64,000 nucleotides of DNA, taken from positions 2,208,001 to 2,272,000 of the forward strand of contig CBDFLE010000005.1 in NCBI GenBank assembly GCA_965248925.1, read 5' to 3'. The notes under the pieces were generated by a model that saw only the letters and a list, made by a program, of their open reading frames with translations, had not been told where the DNA came from and did not search any database. The position numbers and the translations under genes were made by a program. Of the stretch, positions 50,901 through 55,414 are shown piece by piece. This DNA comes from Candidatus Multivoradales bacterium (GTDB lineage: Bacteria; Acidobacteriota; Thermoanaerobaculia; Multivoradales; J023). Position 1 is the first letter of the stretch. Every line of letters starts with the position of its first letter.

Positions 50901-52042
50901 ACTACCGGCCCACTCCGGACACCGCCGAGCAGCAGCTTGAAGCTCTCGCTCAGTCCGCGGGCGCAGCCGATCCCAGCCATGGCACCGCCATCTTGCGGCT
51001 CGTCAAACTCAAAACCGAAGCCAAAACCGGACTCGCCCTCCGCCGCGCTCGGCGGCGGGCCGGCGAAATACTCCATCCACTCGAAGACACCTTCACCGGC
51101 ATCTCCCAATGCCTTGGCGAAAGCCAGCAGAGAGTCCCCTGGACGGAGCGTCGCAGCGATCGGAATCGAGCGTTCGAAGAGCCCGAGAGAAGTGGCCAGA
51201 TCGTCGTATTTTCGACCATCCAACAACCAGCCGAGCACCAGCTCGGTATCTCCCGACAGCCGCCAAAGCAAGGTTCTCCAGGCGGCCAGCAGGAGGGCGC
51301 TCCATTCGAGCTGGCGGTCTTCGAGCTGGCGATCGAGAACCGCGACCAAGTGCCGATCGAGCTGCCGGGTGACGCTTTCCAACTCCGCCGCGGGCGCCGC
51401 AACTTCGGTCTCGAACAGCAAGCGTGGGCCGGCCGCATCGATCTCCCGCCGCTGCTGCCAGAAGGCTTTACCCTGCTCGGCTTCTTCACCTTGCAGAAGC
51501 TCGTTGTGCCACTCGGCGAAGTCGGCATACTGCAAAATCTCGTCGGCGTCCTCGGTGGCGCCTTGGCCGGCGGCCAGGAGGAGCAGGATTTCGTTCGCCA
51601 ACAAACGCAGGCTGTAGCGATCGAGGCACATCAGAGGGGCGGTCAGGATCAGCGTCGAGGCGGCCGGTGAGCGATCGAACCACCCCGCCCGCAAGCCACT
51701 GCCGGAATCCTCCTGGCGGACCGCTTGGCGTTCGCTGAGCAGTAGCGCCGCTAGCTCTGGCGGCTTCTCGGAATCGAATTCGAGCCGTTCGAGGCACGGC
51801 GGGCGAGCGTCATCGATGACCTGCAGCGGCACGCTGACCCCGGCCGGCGCCTTGAACGAGGTGCGAAGGATCTCGTAGCGCTCGACCAAGGTGCCCAGCA
51901 CCTCTTGCAGGCCCTCAAAACTGACCCCAGGGTCAAGCTCGAGAGAGATCTGCGACCACCTGACGCCGGCCGAGCGCTGCCACTTCCAGAGCCTCTCCTG
52001 GAGCGGTGACAGGTGAAATCCTTCAACTACTTTCGTCGTCAT
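35915..52042 (-). CDS. Four-module NRPS (5375 aa): I-A(Glu)[FkbM MT]-T-C-A(Gln)[PRMT-like MT]-T-C-A(Dab-like)-T-C-A(Thr-family variant)-T-E
   Basis: The N-terminal C-like domain lacks HHxxxDG (PLMCLDRYS instead). Codes: DAKDLGVVDK, DAWQFGLIDK, DVWEMSADNK, DVWSVAMVHK. FkbM motifs VFDIGANIGMF and LLKIDVQRAE; second MT motif VVLDVGTG; terminal E motif HHLAVDGISW. The ATG lies 6 nt after the upstream TAG, with a GAGGAG RBS. Confidence 0.96.
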   Translation of the reverse strand: MTTKVVEGFHLSPLQERLWKWQRSAGVRWSQISLELDPGVSFEGLQEVLGTLVERYEILRTSFKAPAGVSVPLQVIDDARPPCLERLEFDSEKPPELAALLLSERQAVRQEDSGSGLRAGWFDRSPAASTLILTAPLMCLDRYSLRLLANEILLLLAAGQGATEDADEILQYADFAEWHNELLQGEEAEQGKAFWQQRREIDAAGPRLLFETEVAAPAAELESVTRQLDRHLVAVLDRQLEDRQLEWSALLLAAWRTLLWRLSGDTELVLGWLLDGRKYDDLATSLGLFERSIPIAATLRPGDSLLAFAKALGDAGEGVFEWMEYFAGPPPSAAEGESGFGFGFEFDEPQDGGAMAGIGCARGLSESFKLLLGGVRSGPVVDLRLSYDGGRFPRRVVERIVDSLLKILTEVAATPSLPIERIDGLPSAERQRLVASWNQTASEFPQLPLHELFRQRAEQFPEVVAVLDGRVEISYGVVSERAHRLAHHLLRRGVRREDRIVLLLERGVDQIIALLAVHEAGAAFVPLDADQPVERLRQMLADIEPRLVILEGGAGAELVAADQAVDLRRDQQLIAACSAISPTLSTAAEQLAYVLFTSGSTGRPKGTMVRHSSVTNLTYALEQAVYADRTGTLRISLNAPLSFDASIKQLVRLAWGDTLCIIPQAVRPDGEALLRLLTDQQIDLLDATPGQLRLLLAAGLDQAELPLAKVLLGGEGIDAGLWGQLVNLPRLRVFNVYGPTECTVDSTLREVAARPSGPSLGRPLANIQVYVLDRRSRLTHQGIDGELAIAGAGVARGYLGRPALTAERFVPDPFAAAPGSRLYRSGDRVCHGEDGELEFLGRVDRQIKLRGFRIELGEIESVLRQHPAISESAVQLRHDRADDPRLVAYVAGASTAADDPDLHTLPNGLVVAHQNRNETDYLYQEIFANRCYTLHGITLPENACVFDIGANIGMFTLFVSRACPTARIFAFEPLPPIYLSLRRNVARHASGTRLFEYGLSASECSETFTFYPRYTMMSGSADYANPEGEVEVIKRFLSNELEQGEAAAGELLEQADELLAGRFREERHSVRLRRLSEVISEQGIDRIDLLKIDVQRAEMDVLAGLDEADWDKVQQVVMEVHDAPDEATSGRVEELRELLSGHGFEVVVEQDQLLTGTDRYNLYASRPGIVGPAGERLAELAMAALPEDAAAVLEADQLRAFLAQRLPDFMLPSAIVPLPFLPLDRRGKIDWSSLPAPEEQQGSRRVIAPRTPFEELMVSMWCDILGVDQVSVDDSFFEIGGHSLLATQLVSRVRRGFHVELPLRRLFEEPTVEGLAGVVEELLQTGGEVLPPIEPRAQASSTAEDIPLSFAQQRLWFLDRLKPGNTAYNSMTALALEGQLDPALVVAALSAVVGRHESLRTVFPDRHGEPRQQVLPAVPFDLPLVDLAQLSATVADAEVRRRGRLEAATPFDLGRGPLIRAQLLRLGEARHVVLFSLHHIVADGWSMGVLIRELSEFYAAFAGGRPAALAELPIQYGDYAIWQRGWLAGEILEERLGYWRQQLAGLPELLELPTDRPRPAVQTFRGAVLTRLISSDTAAVQKLAASSSVTPYMILLAVFKTVLWRYTGQTDLSVGTAVANRHQLETEGLIGFLVNTLVLRTELAERLPFSQLLDRLREVVLDAHAHQDVPFEKLVEELRPSRSLSHSPLFQVGFDLQPPHGQSLRLAGIELQRLELGGAGSKFDLTVTLDQAEGRFRAGAVFNPDLFDRTTIQRLLDHFDRVLQAVLRHPDSRLDQLPVLNRGQRHQLLWDWNDTAVPYGADSLLGPLLARRADCGSLQAVAQGAVSWSYAELWSRVDQLSSLLRSRGMVAETRVGLSSVRSPEMVVGLLAILSGGGTVVPLDPDYPAARLSYLIEDSGASLLLVDPAWTTRPQTAGLSGDLPVIELHQAVAGRHQRAAPAVAVAADQLAYVIYTSGSTGRPKGVMVSHRAIANRVLWMQSEYPLAAADRVLQKTPLSFDASLWELLTPLVAGASIELARDGGHRDMAYLRQLIEERGVSVLQLVPSQLQVWLEEVGAASCGSLRRVFSGGEALPEALRGRFESLLDAELINLYGPTETAIDASHNRCRRGQAGTGQIVPIGRPLGNLRLSVLDGGLESLPVAAAGELYVAGPSLARGYQGRAALTAERFVPDPWSPRAGGRLYRTGDRGRRLADGRLEYLGRADQQIKVRGVRIEPGEIEARLTEHPAIEGAAVVARGSGADKTLVAYVATRGSTADAAVGSQQVEIWPCVGEYQIYEELLYYSMVKDERRNQLYRRAIQATVAGKVVLDVGTGHEAIWARYCAAAGARRVYALEIVEEAADHARQRIASEGLQDIVEVIHGDISQVDLAEKVEVCVSNLIGTLGGSEGAAVLLRQARRLMAPGGIFVPRRCVTRIAAVSLPEAVRRQPGFVATAVHYVERVFAEIGYPFDLRLCLRHLPSEYLLSAPGIFEELDFQSDFSAEFERRTILKVEHAGRCDGFLAWIELETAECLVIDSLRHEHSWLPVFIPAAESLELEAGDTFELTITAVLEADGIHPDYRLRGHLARPGSEPLPIELDSPFRRPGLGRSEFYRRLFPDAAPRLLAEPRGVGELTAKEVREHLEERLPPALVPTEVVFLDILPRTVGGKIDRQALVALAGVEDSGAAAPSTAAAPRSLLEEQVLDIWRGVLRVDSLGIHDDFFDHGGHSLLATRIISRVRRACDAAVEVRDLFEAPTVAELVRRLERTAPLPPLPPMALGKAAVGGRRRASFAQERMWLLQQLEPESASYNTPVAVAFEGRLEVAVLAESLRQLAERHQVLAARLVQIDGEIWQQAGADGLRMPLVDLQALRPADAELEAHSWLQRESARPFDLGAEPAARALLFRLGEERYQALLNCHHAVSDAWSMGILIRELAAFYRALAQAEPVALPPLRMSYSDFADWQRELLSGARLEAQLGYWLAQLDGAGARLDLPTDRPRPRALSDRGVTRRVSLPPALSAELLQLARQQGVTAFMLLLAAFETLLHRYTGQTDLCVGVPIAGRQHLESESLIGLFVNTLVMRGRFAGDPGFDELLLQVRRTALDAHTYQDLPFERLIEELLPRRDLSRTPLFQVMFELAHEASFERFDLPAVELHEVVLRTDTAKLDLAISMAEKQGGLVAAVQYSSDLFDHTTIERLWGHLGSLLRGIVASPTTAVSALPLLSPAERHQLAVEWNATEVETGFAGTILELFASHVDQTPSAIAVADGSTRLTYRELDRCSNAVAWTLVEQGVEREMPVALCARRRSAYLVALVGILKAGAVYLPLGPKQPTPRLLGLVERSRVAVLLIDDRRAELAEAVRSSPQLDTAVLVLDELVAAQRWSPPARPIDPSQLAYVLFTSGSTGLPKAAMLDHRGLLNQVWAKICDYRFSPSTVVAQSAAQTFDVSVWQLLAAILAGGRTEIFDDRLAFDPSRLLGAIEQRGVTILEVVPSFLRYALEELDGAGSKAPRLTALEWLMSSGEAIAPELCRRWLRRYPRIPIINAYGPAECSDNISQTFVRKIDDCRVERIVVGRPIANIDLSVLDRQLRRLPVGVVGELFASGVGVGRGYLAQPGRTAEVFIPDPYGEGQRLYRTGDLVKYCGDGNLDFLGRVDFQVKVRGQRIEPGEVDAVLQRQPEVVTAVTIARPEVGGSLSLMAFVVLANDAQVSAEELRKRVAASLPEAMVPSVVTVLERLPLNANGKIDRAALAALELAAPSTAATGGWAGGGFVEDLVSGIWSEVLALGEIGRQDDFFALGGHSLLATRVLSRLRKVLGVELELRAIFEDSTLAGFARRVAMARVAGEEPPAVPLQPVERGAGLALSFAQQRMWFIQQLDPQSSAYNIPFALELEGALDPRALRQAINQLRQRHETLRTRFALGGGGAVQVVEAALPLDLPLIDLSALSEPQRSAAARRHSEQLNRRPYDLSRAPLLRLQILRLGATQHWVVATIHHIAADGWSVSILIDEVAKLYEAAVAGRAAILPALPIQYADFAVWQRQWLSGAVLERQLEYWRSELAGAPALLDLPLDRPRPASWSFAGGSYPVRLPKALSEAARELGRSHGATPFMVLLTAFQTLLFRLSGQDDILLGTPIAGRRRLEVEGLIGLFVNTLVLRGRFGDQLSFGEALTAARETALAADAHQDLPFERLVDELQLVRDLAYSPLFQTMFAFQNVPGVELEVAELVIKGLQIDSQSAKFDLTLGLQETAAGVVGDLQYATDLFDRSTIARWVGQLEQLLAAAVAEPDRALTTLSLLSEAERQELVVEWSGQGVTFEFEGGLWEAFATTVELQPQAIAVNAGEVQLTYLELRDQAAELAGRLWAYGVRPGQSVGLFLERDALLVVAILATLRCAAVYVPIDPEVPAERLRFLAEDSACSLLLTSSSLRDRLPPLAGQVIEIDAATGPNPPTVPAWVTGDPGHAAYVIYTSGSTGVPKGVVVAHDQVLRLLRSSQQHFGFAAEDVWTLFHSYAFDVSVWEIWGALLHGGRLVVVPYWVSRSPDRFLELLQTEGVTVLSQTPSAFRQLISAESTLDRAVQHTLRYVVFAGEALDPSTLRGWLDRHGDSSPRLINMYGITETTVHSTFHRISAAEISAGFGSNVGRPLADLRIFLLDRRGHPVPQGVGGELVVGGAGVALGYLGRGALTASRFVPDALGGGSGARLYRSGDLARWLADGDLEYLGRIDQQVKVRGFRIEPGEIEALLREQPQVAAAAVMALREAGSADARLVAYLVAAADQELRLEELRQGLGERLPSYMVPAEFVVLERLPLTSNGKLDRRALPRPKTEERLAAETSYLAPETPVEHLLTSIWEEVLGLEKIGVEDNFFVLGGDSIQSIQIVAKVNEAGLKIAPRHIFLHQNIAELARVAESLGPPIADRGPVSGPVQLTPIQHWFFDQQLVEVDHFNQALMLEVRERLDPKILRRVFDTLVEHHDGLRLRFVRQDAGWQAHNLPPGEAAPFSVLDLSAVVDEQHPPAELLSAAADRAQRALNLGAGPLARVIWLDLGAERSSRLLLIIHHLAVDGISWRILLADLQRVYQQLAAGQPARLPPRSSSYQAWAERLTALAGSEALVGDGDFWLSRGQSQAGRLPRIHRASTHSEAGQSTTVSLDPEQTEVLLHGLPEDLAVQTQEILLAAILEALATWMGSRIVQLDLEGHGREDVGDDIDVTRTVGWFTTIYPVSFDLRRCRQPMAILRQVRERLRSVPRRGLSFGLLRYLRTDESGHGIAAIAPSEVLFNYLGQLDRVLEAESSFVQAAESTGPQRSPLQKPSHSLEITAKVADGRLTVSWNLAGESGDHGALERVAGGFLKQLGKLIDVASEAERPEPTPADFPLAKLDAGQLENVLGRFGKVGE
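35990..37330 (-). other. C-terminal epimerization domain
   Basis: LTPIQHWF, HHLAVDGISWRIL, LEGHGRE, RTVGWFT, FNYLGQ and a TPADFPLA tail. The next gene starts with a DCL-type C domain (EDIYPLSP). Confidence 0.92.
44230..45250 (-). other. PRMT-like SAM methyltransferase interrupting a Gln A domain (between A8 and A9)
   Basis: WPCVGEY...YSMVKDERRNQLYRRAI...VVLDVGTG...VYALE...VCVSNLIGTLGGSEG...CDGFLAW...SWLPVFIP. This resembles the PRMT Rossmann plus beta-barrel layout. Confidence 0.7.
48550..49340 (-). other. FkbM-family methyltransferase interrupting a Glu A domain
   Basis: LPNG...ETDYLYQEIF...VFDIGANIGMF...FAFEP...LLKIDVQRAE...QVVMEVH. Confidence 0.85.
50760..52042 (-). other. Interface-type pseudo-condensation domain
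   Basis: EGFHLSPLQ start, catalytic His motif replaced (TAPLMCLDRYS), QYADFAEW retained. The upstream gene supplies a terminal, intact C domain. Confidence 0.72.
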
Positions 52043-52048
52043 CTTGGG

Positions 52049-55000
52049 CTACTCCTCAGGGGACCTGTCGGGGCTCTGAAGCGCTCCCTCGCCGACCGCC
52101 GGGTCGGTCTGGGATTCACTTCGCGCTGCCGCCACTACCTTGCGCCTGCGAATCTTGCGCAGCCGTCTCGAATTCACTGCCTTGCGCTGCTGCCGCTCTA
52201 GGCGTTGCCGCTGGCGCTCGCTCTGACTGAGCCACTCGACGGCATCGAGGCTCTGCTCGGGATCACCGCAGAGGGAACTCAGCAAGGTCTGGTAGCGCGC
52301 CTGCCAAGACTCGATCGTCGACCGGTCAAATAGATCGCGGGCGTAGGACCAAGTCGCCGCCAGTCCATCGCCGCGGTCACTGATCCACAGAGTCAAGTCG
52401 TAGCGCACCAGGTCCCGCTGGCGCTCGACCAGCAGCAGTTCCAGATCGTCGATCAGACGCTTCTCAAGCGGTGCGTTGCGCAGTCCGAAAGCGACCTGGA
52501 AAATCGGCGTCACCCCCGGCTGGCGGGGCGGTCGCAGCTCCTCGACCAGCCGATCGAAGGGCAGGCTCTGATGGCTCAACGCGGCCATGGTCTGCTCCCT
52601 AACGGATCCCAGAAGATGGCTGAAGCTCGCCGCGCCATCGACCTCGATGCGCACCGGCAGCATGTTGATGAAACAGCCGACCAACCCTTGAATCGCGGCG
52701 TGCTCCCGGCCGGCGACCGCGGTGCCGACAATCAGATCCCGCTGCCCGGTGAGGCGATAGAGCAAGACCTCGAAAGCCGCCAGCAGGGTCATGAAGAGGG
52801 TGGTGCCGGAGCGCCGGCTGAGGCGCCGCAGCTCCACCACTAGAGCCGGCGGCAGCGACTGGCAAACACGCCCCCCCAACTGGCTAGCAACCGCCGGCCG
52901 TGGACGATCTGTGGGCACCGCCAGCAACGGCAGCTCGCCGGCCAGCCGGTGGCGCCAGAAGGCCAGGTTGCTGGCCAGCAATTCGCCCTGCAGGGTCTGC
53001 CGCTGCCACGCCGCATAGTCGGCGTACTGCAGCGGCAACTCCGCCAGCGGAGCCGGCTGGCCGTCGGCGAACGCCTGGTAGAGCTCGGCGACCTCCGCCA
53101 CCAACTGCTCGATCGACCAGGCGTCACTGACCACATGGTGGAGGGTGAAGAGAACCTGGTGATCATCGCCGGCTAGCTTCACCAAGGTCACTCGCAGCAG
53201 CGGCGCCCGCTCGAGATCGAAGGGCCAGCGGGCTTCTTGAGCCGCCGCCCGACCGGCCTCTCGCTCACTGCCAGCCAGAGTCGATAGGGCCGACAGATCA
53301 ATCATCGGACAGCGCATCTCGACCGTCGAATGAATGATCTGCAGCGGCTCTTCGCGGTCGAAGCTGGTGCGCAAGACCTCGTGCCGTGCGACCGTGTGGC
53401 GGATCGCGGCATGGAGGATCGGCAAACGCAGCGGACCGCGCAAACGCACCGCCGAAGGAATGTTGTAAGCGGCGCTGGCGGGCTCCATCCAATGCAACAC
53501 CCAGAGCCTCTGCTGGGCGAAAGACAGGGCCAACGGGCGGTCGCGGGGGACCTGCCGCAGCGGCACTGGCCGCCCGCCGCCGGGATTTCGAGTGGCCTGG
53601 TCGACCCGTTCCGCCAGCTCGGCCAGAGTCTGAGCACGAAAGAACTCGGCCAGGCTCACCTCGAGGTCGAACAGCGACTGCAAGCGGACCAACATTTGGG
53701 TGGCCAAGAGCGAATGACCGCCGAGGGCGAAGAAATTCGCCTCGACCCCAACCTCTTGGCGGCCCAGCAGCTCGCACCACAGGCCGTGCAGGATCTCCTC
53801 GGTGGCGGTCCTGGGAGCCACCGAAGCGGCATCCCGCGGCGCCGACGCCAGCAAGGCCCGGCGGTCGATCTTGCCGCTGACCGTCCGCGGCAGCAGATCG
53901 AGCTCGACCCAGGAAGAGGGCACCATCACCGGATCGAGGTGCAGCAGCAGATGGTCCCTAACCGCCTCCGTGCTCACCCCTTCAGCCAGCACCAAGTAGG
54001 CGCGGAGAGCGTTGAATCCCACGGCGTCCAGAACCTCCACCAAGGCCACGTCGACGACTCCCCGACAGCCCCGCAGGACATTCTCCACCTCGCCCAGCTC
54101 GACCCGGACACCGCGAATCTTGAGCTGCTGGTCGCGGCGACCGACGAACTCAAGTGCTCCGTCGGCGTGCCGCCGCGCGAGGTCGCCGGTGCGGTAGACG
54201 ATGTCCGCTGGCTGGTCGGTGAACGGATTCTGGACAAACACTTGCTGGGTCAGCTCCTGGTCGTGCAGATAGCCGAGAGAACGGTAGGGAGTGCGGATCA
54301 AGATCTCCCCCACCGTGGCCTGAGGGCAAGCCCTGTTCGCCGTATCCACCAACACCACCGCCGCGCCCGGCATCGGCTGGCCGAGAGGGATGAAACGGCG
54401 TCCGCCATCGGCCGGCGCGACGCGGTAGAAGAGCTTGGTCATGGTGGTCTCGGACGGACCATAGAGATTGACCAGCTGCACCCTCTCGCCGTAGCGCTCG
54501 ACGAATCTCTCGACATCGCTGGGCAGGAGGACTTCGCCAGCGAGCAGCAGGTAGCGCAAGCTGGCCAGAGCAGGAGCCTGCCGGTCGGGTAGGCCGAGCA
54601 GCGACCGCAGCAGCGAGGGCACGCAGTGCAACACCTCGACCTGGGCTCGATCCAGCCATCGGGCGAGGGCTCGGGCGTCGCGAATGGTGGCCCGTGAACG
54701 TGGCGCGCAGACCGTGCCACCCACCGCCAAGGCAACAAAAATATCTCGCAGGCAGGCATCGAAGGCCGGCGAGGCCAACTGACTGACCCGGCAGCCGGGG
54801 CCAAGCCGCAGCTCTTCGATCTCCCAGCGAACGAAATGGTCGATCGCTTTCAGCCGGCCAGTGATCGCTTTAGGTTGGCCGGTGGAACCCGAGGTCATGA
54901 AGACATAGCAGAGATCGTCCCCCTGCCACTCATGCTCCTCCGCCAGCAACGCCGCGGCACTGCCCGATGGGATCGCCGGATCGGCCCAGGACCGTAGGCG

Positions 55001-55414
55001 AAGATCCTCGGCAGAGGCTGCTTGCAGATTCTTGATCAGGCCCTGACGCAGGTCGCCATCCAGCAGCCAAGAATGAGGCCGCGCCTGGGTGCACATCGCT
55101 CGCAAGCGGGACGGCGCCGTGGCCGGGTCGATCGGCATGAAAGCACATCCGGCTCGCAGTGCCGCCAGCAGGCCGACGATCAAGCGATCCGGCCGAGTGG
55201 TCAGCAGGGCCAGCAGATCCCCCGCCTGGGCGCCGCCGGCGTGCAACTCGTCGGCCAGTCGTGCCGAACGCCGCTCCAGCTCAGCGTAGCTCGTCACCAC
55301 CCCCTCGAGGTCGATCGCCGGCTCGTCCGGATAGCGCCGCGCCGACTCGAGGAAAAGCTGGTGAACGAACCCAGATGCCAGCCGAGGGTCGCTAGATGCT
55401 AGGCCGCCGATCAT
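52049..55414 (-). CDS. Split-module NRPS A-T-C (about 1121 aa), A domain of the DxRH-code (acidic/iso-linking-like) type
   Basis: A3 TSGSTGQPKA, A5 YGPSETTMTK, T GGHSL, C HHVVSDAWS, and an Arg-rich C-terminal tail. The track starts it at 55429, but the ATG at 55414 forms an ATGA overlap with the upstream stop and has GGGAGGG 6 nt upstream, so I prefer 55414. Confidence 0.93.
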   Translation of the reverse strand: MIGGLASSDPRLASGFVHQLFLESARRYPDEPAIDLEGVVTSYAELERRSARLADELHAGGAQAGDLLALLTTRPDRLIVGLLAALRAGCAFMPIDPATAPSRLRAMCTQARPHSWLLDGDLRQGLIKNLQAASAEDLRLRSWADPAIPSGSAAALLAEEHEWQGDDLCYVFMTSGSTGQPKAITGRLKAIDHFVRWEIEELRLGPGCRVSQLASPAFDACLRDIFVALAVGGTVCAPRSRATIRDARALARWLDRAQVEVLHCVPSLLRSLLGLPDRQAPALASLRYLLLAGEVLLPSDVERFVERYGERVQLVNLYGPSETTMTKLFYRVAPADGGRRFIPLGQPMPGAAVVLVDTANRACPQATVGEILIRTPYRSLGYLHDQELTQQVFVQNPFTDQPADIVYRTGDLARRHADGALEFVGRRDQQLKIRGVRVELGEVENVLRGCRGVVDVALVEVLDAVGFNALRAYLVLAEGVSTEAVRDHLLLHLDPVMVPSSWVELDLLPRTVSGKIDRRALLASAPRDAASVAPRTATEEILHGLWCELLGRQEVGVEANFFALGGHSLLATQMLVRLQSLFDLEVSLAEFFRAQTLAELAERVDQATRNPGGGRPVPLRQVPRDRPLALSFAQQRLWVLHWMEPASAAYNIPSAVRLRGPLRLPILHAAIRHTVARHEVLRTSFDREEPLQIIHSTVEMRCPMIDLSALSTLAGSEREAGRAAAQEARWPFDLERAPLLRVTLVKLAGDDHQVLFTLHHVVSDAWSIEQLVAEVAELYQAFADGQPAPLAELPLQYADYAAWQRQTLQGELLASNLAFWRHRLAGELPLLAVPTDRPRPAVASQLGGRVCQSLPPALVVELRRLSRRSGTTLFMTLLAAFEVLLYRLTGQRDLIVGTAVAGREHAAIQGLVGCFINMLPVRIEVDGAASFSHLLGSVREQTMAALSHQSLPFDRLVEELRPPRQPGVTPIFQVAFGLRNAPLEKRLIDDLELLLVERQRDLVRYDLTLWISDRGDGLAATWSYARDLFDRSTIESWQARYQTLLSSLCGDPEQSLDAVEWLSQSERQRQRLERQQRKAVNSRRLRKIRRRKVVAAARSESQTDPAVGEGALQSPDRSPEE

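Noticed and set aside
50760-52042. His-less N-terminal C-like domains (also 59900-61194) read as pseudogenised C domains
   Set aside because: Both are in intact frames, share a conserved N-terminal pattern, and follow genes that end in a functional C domain. This fits interface domains better than decay.
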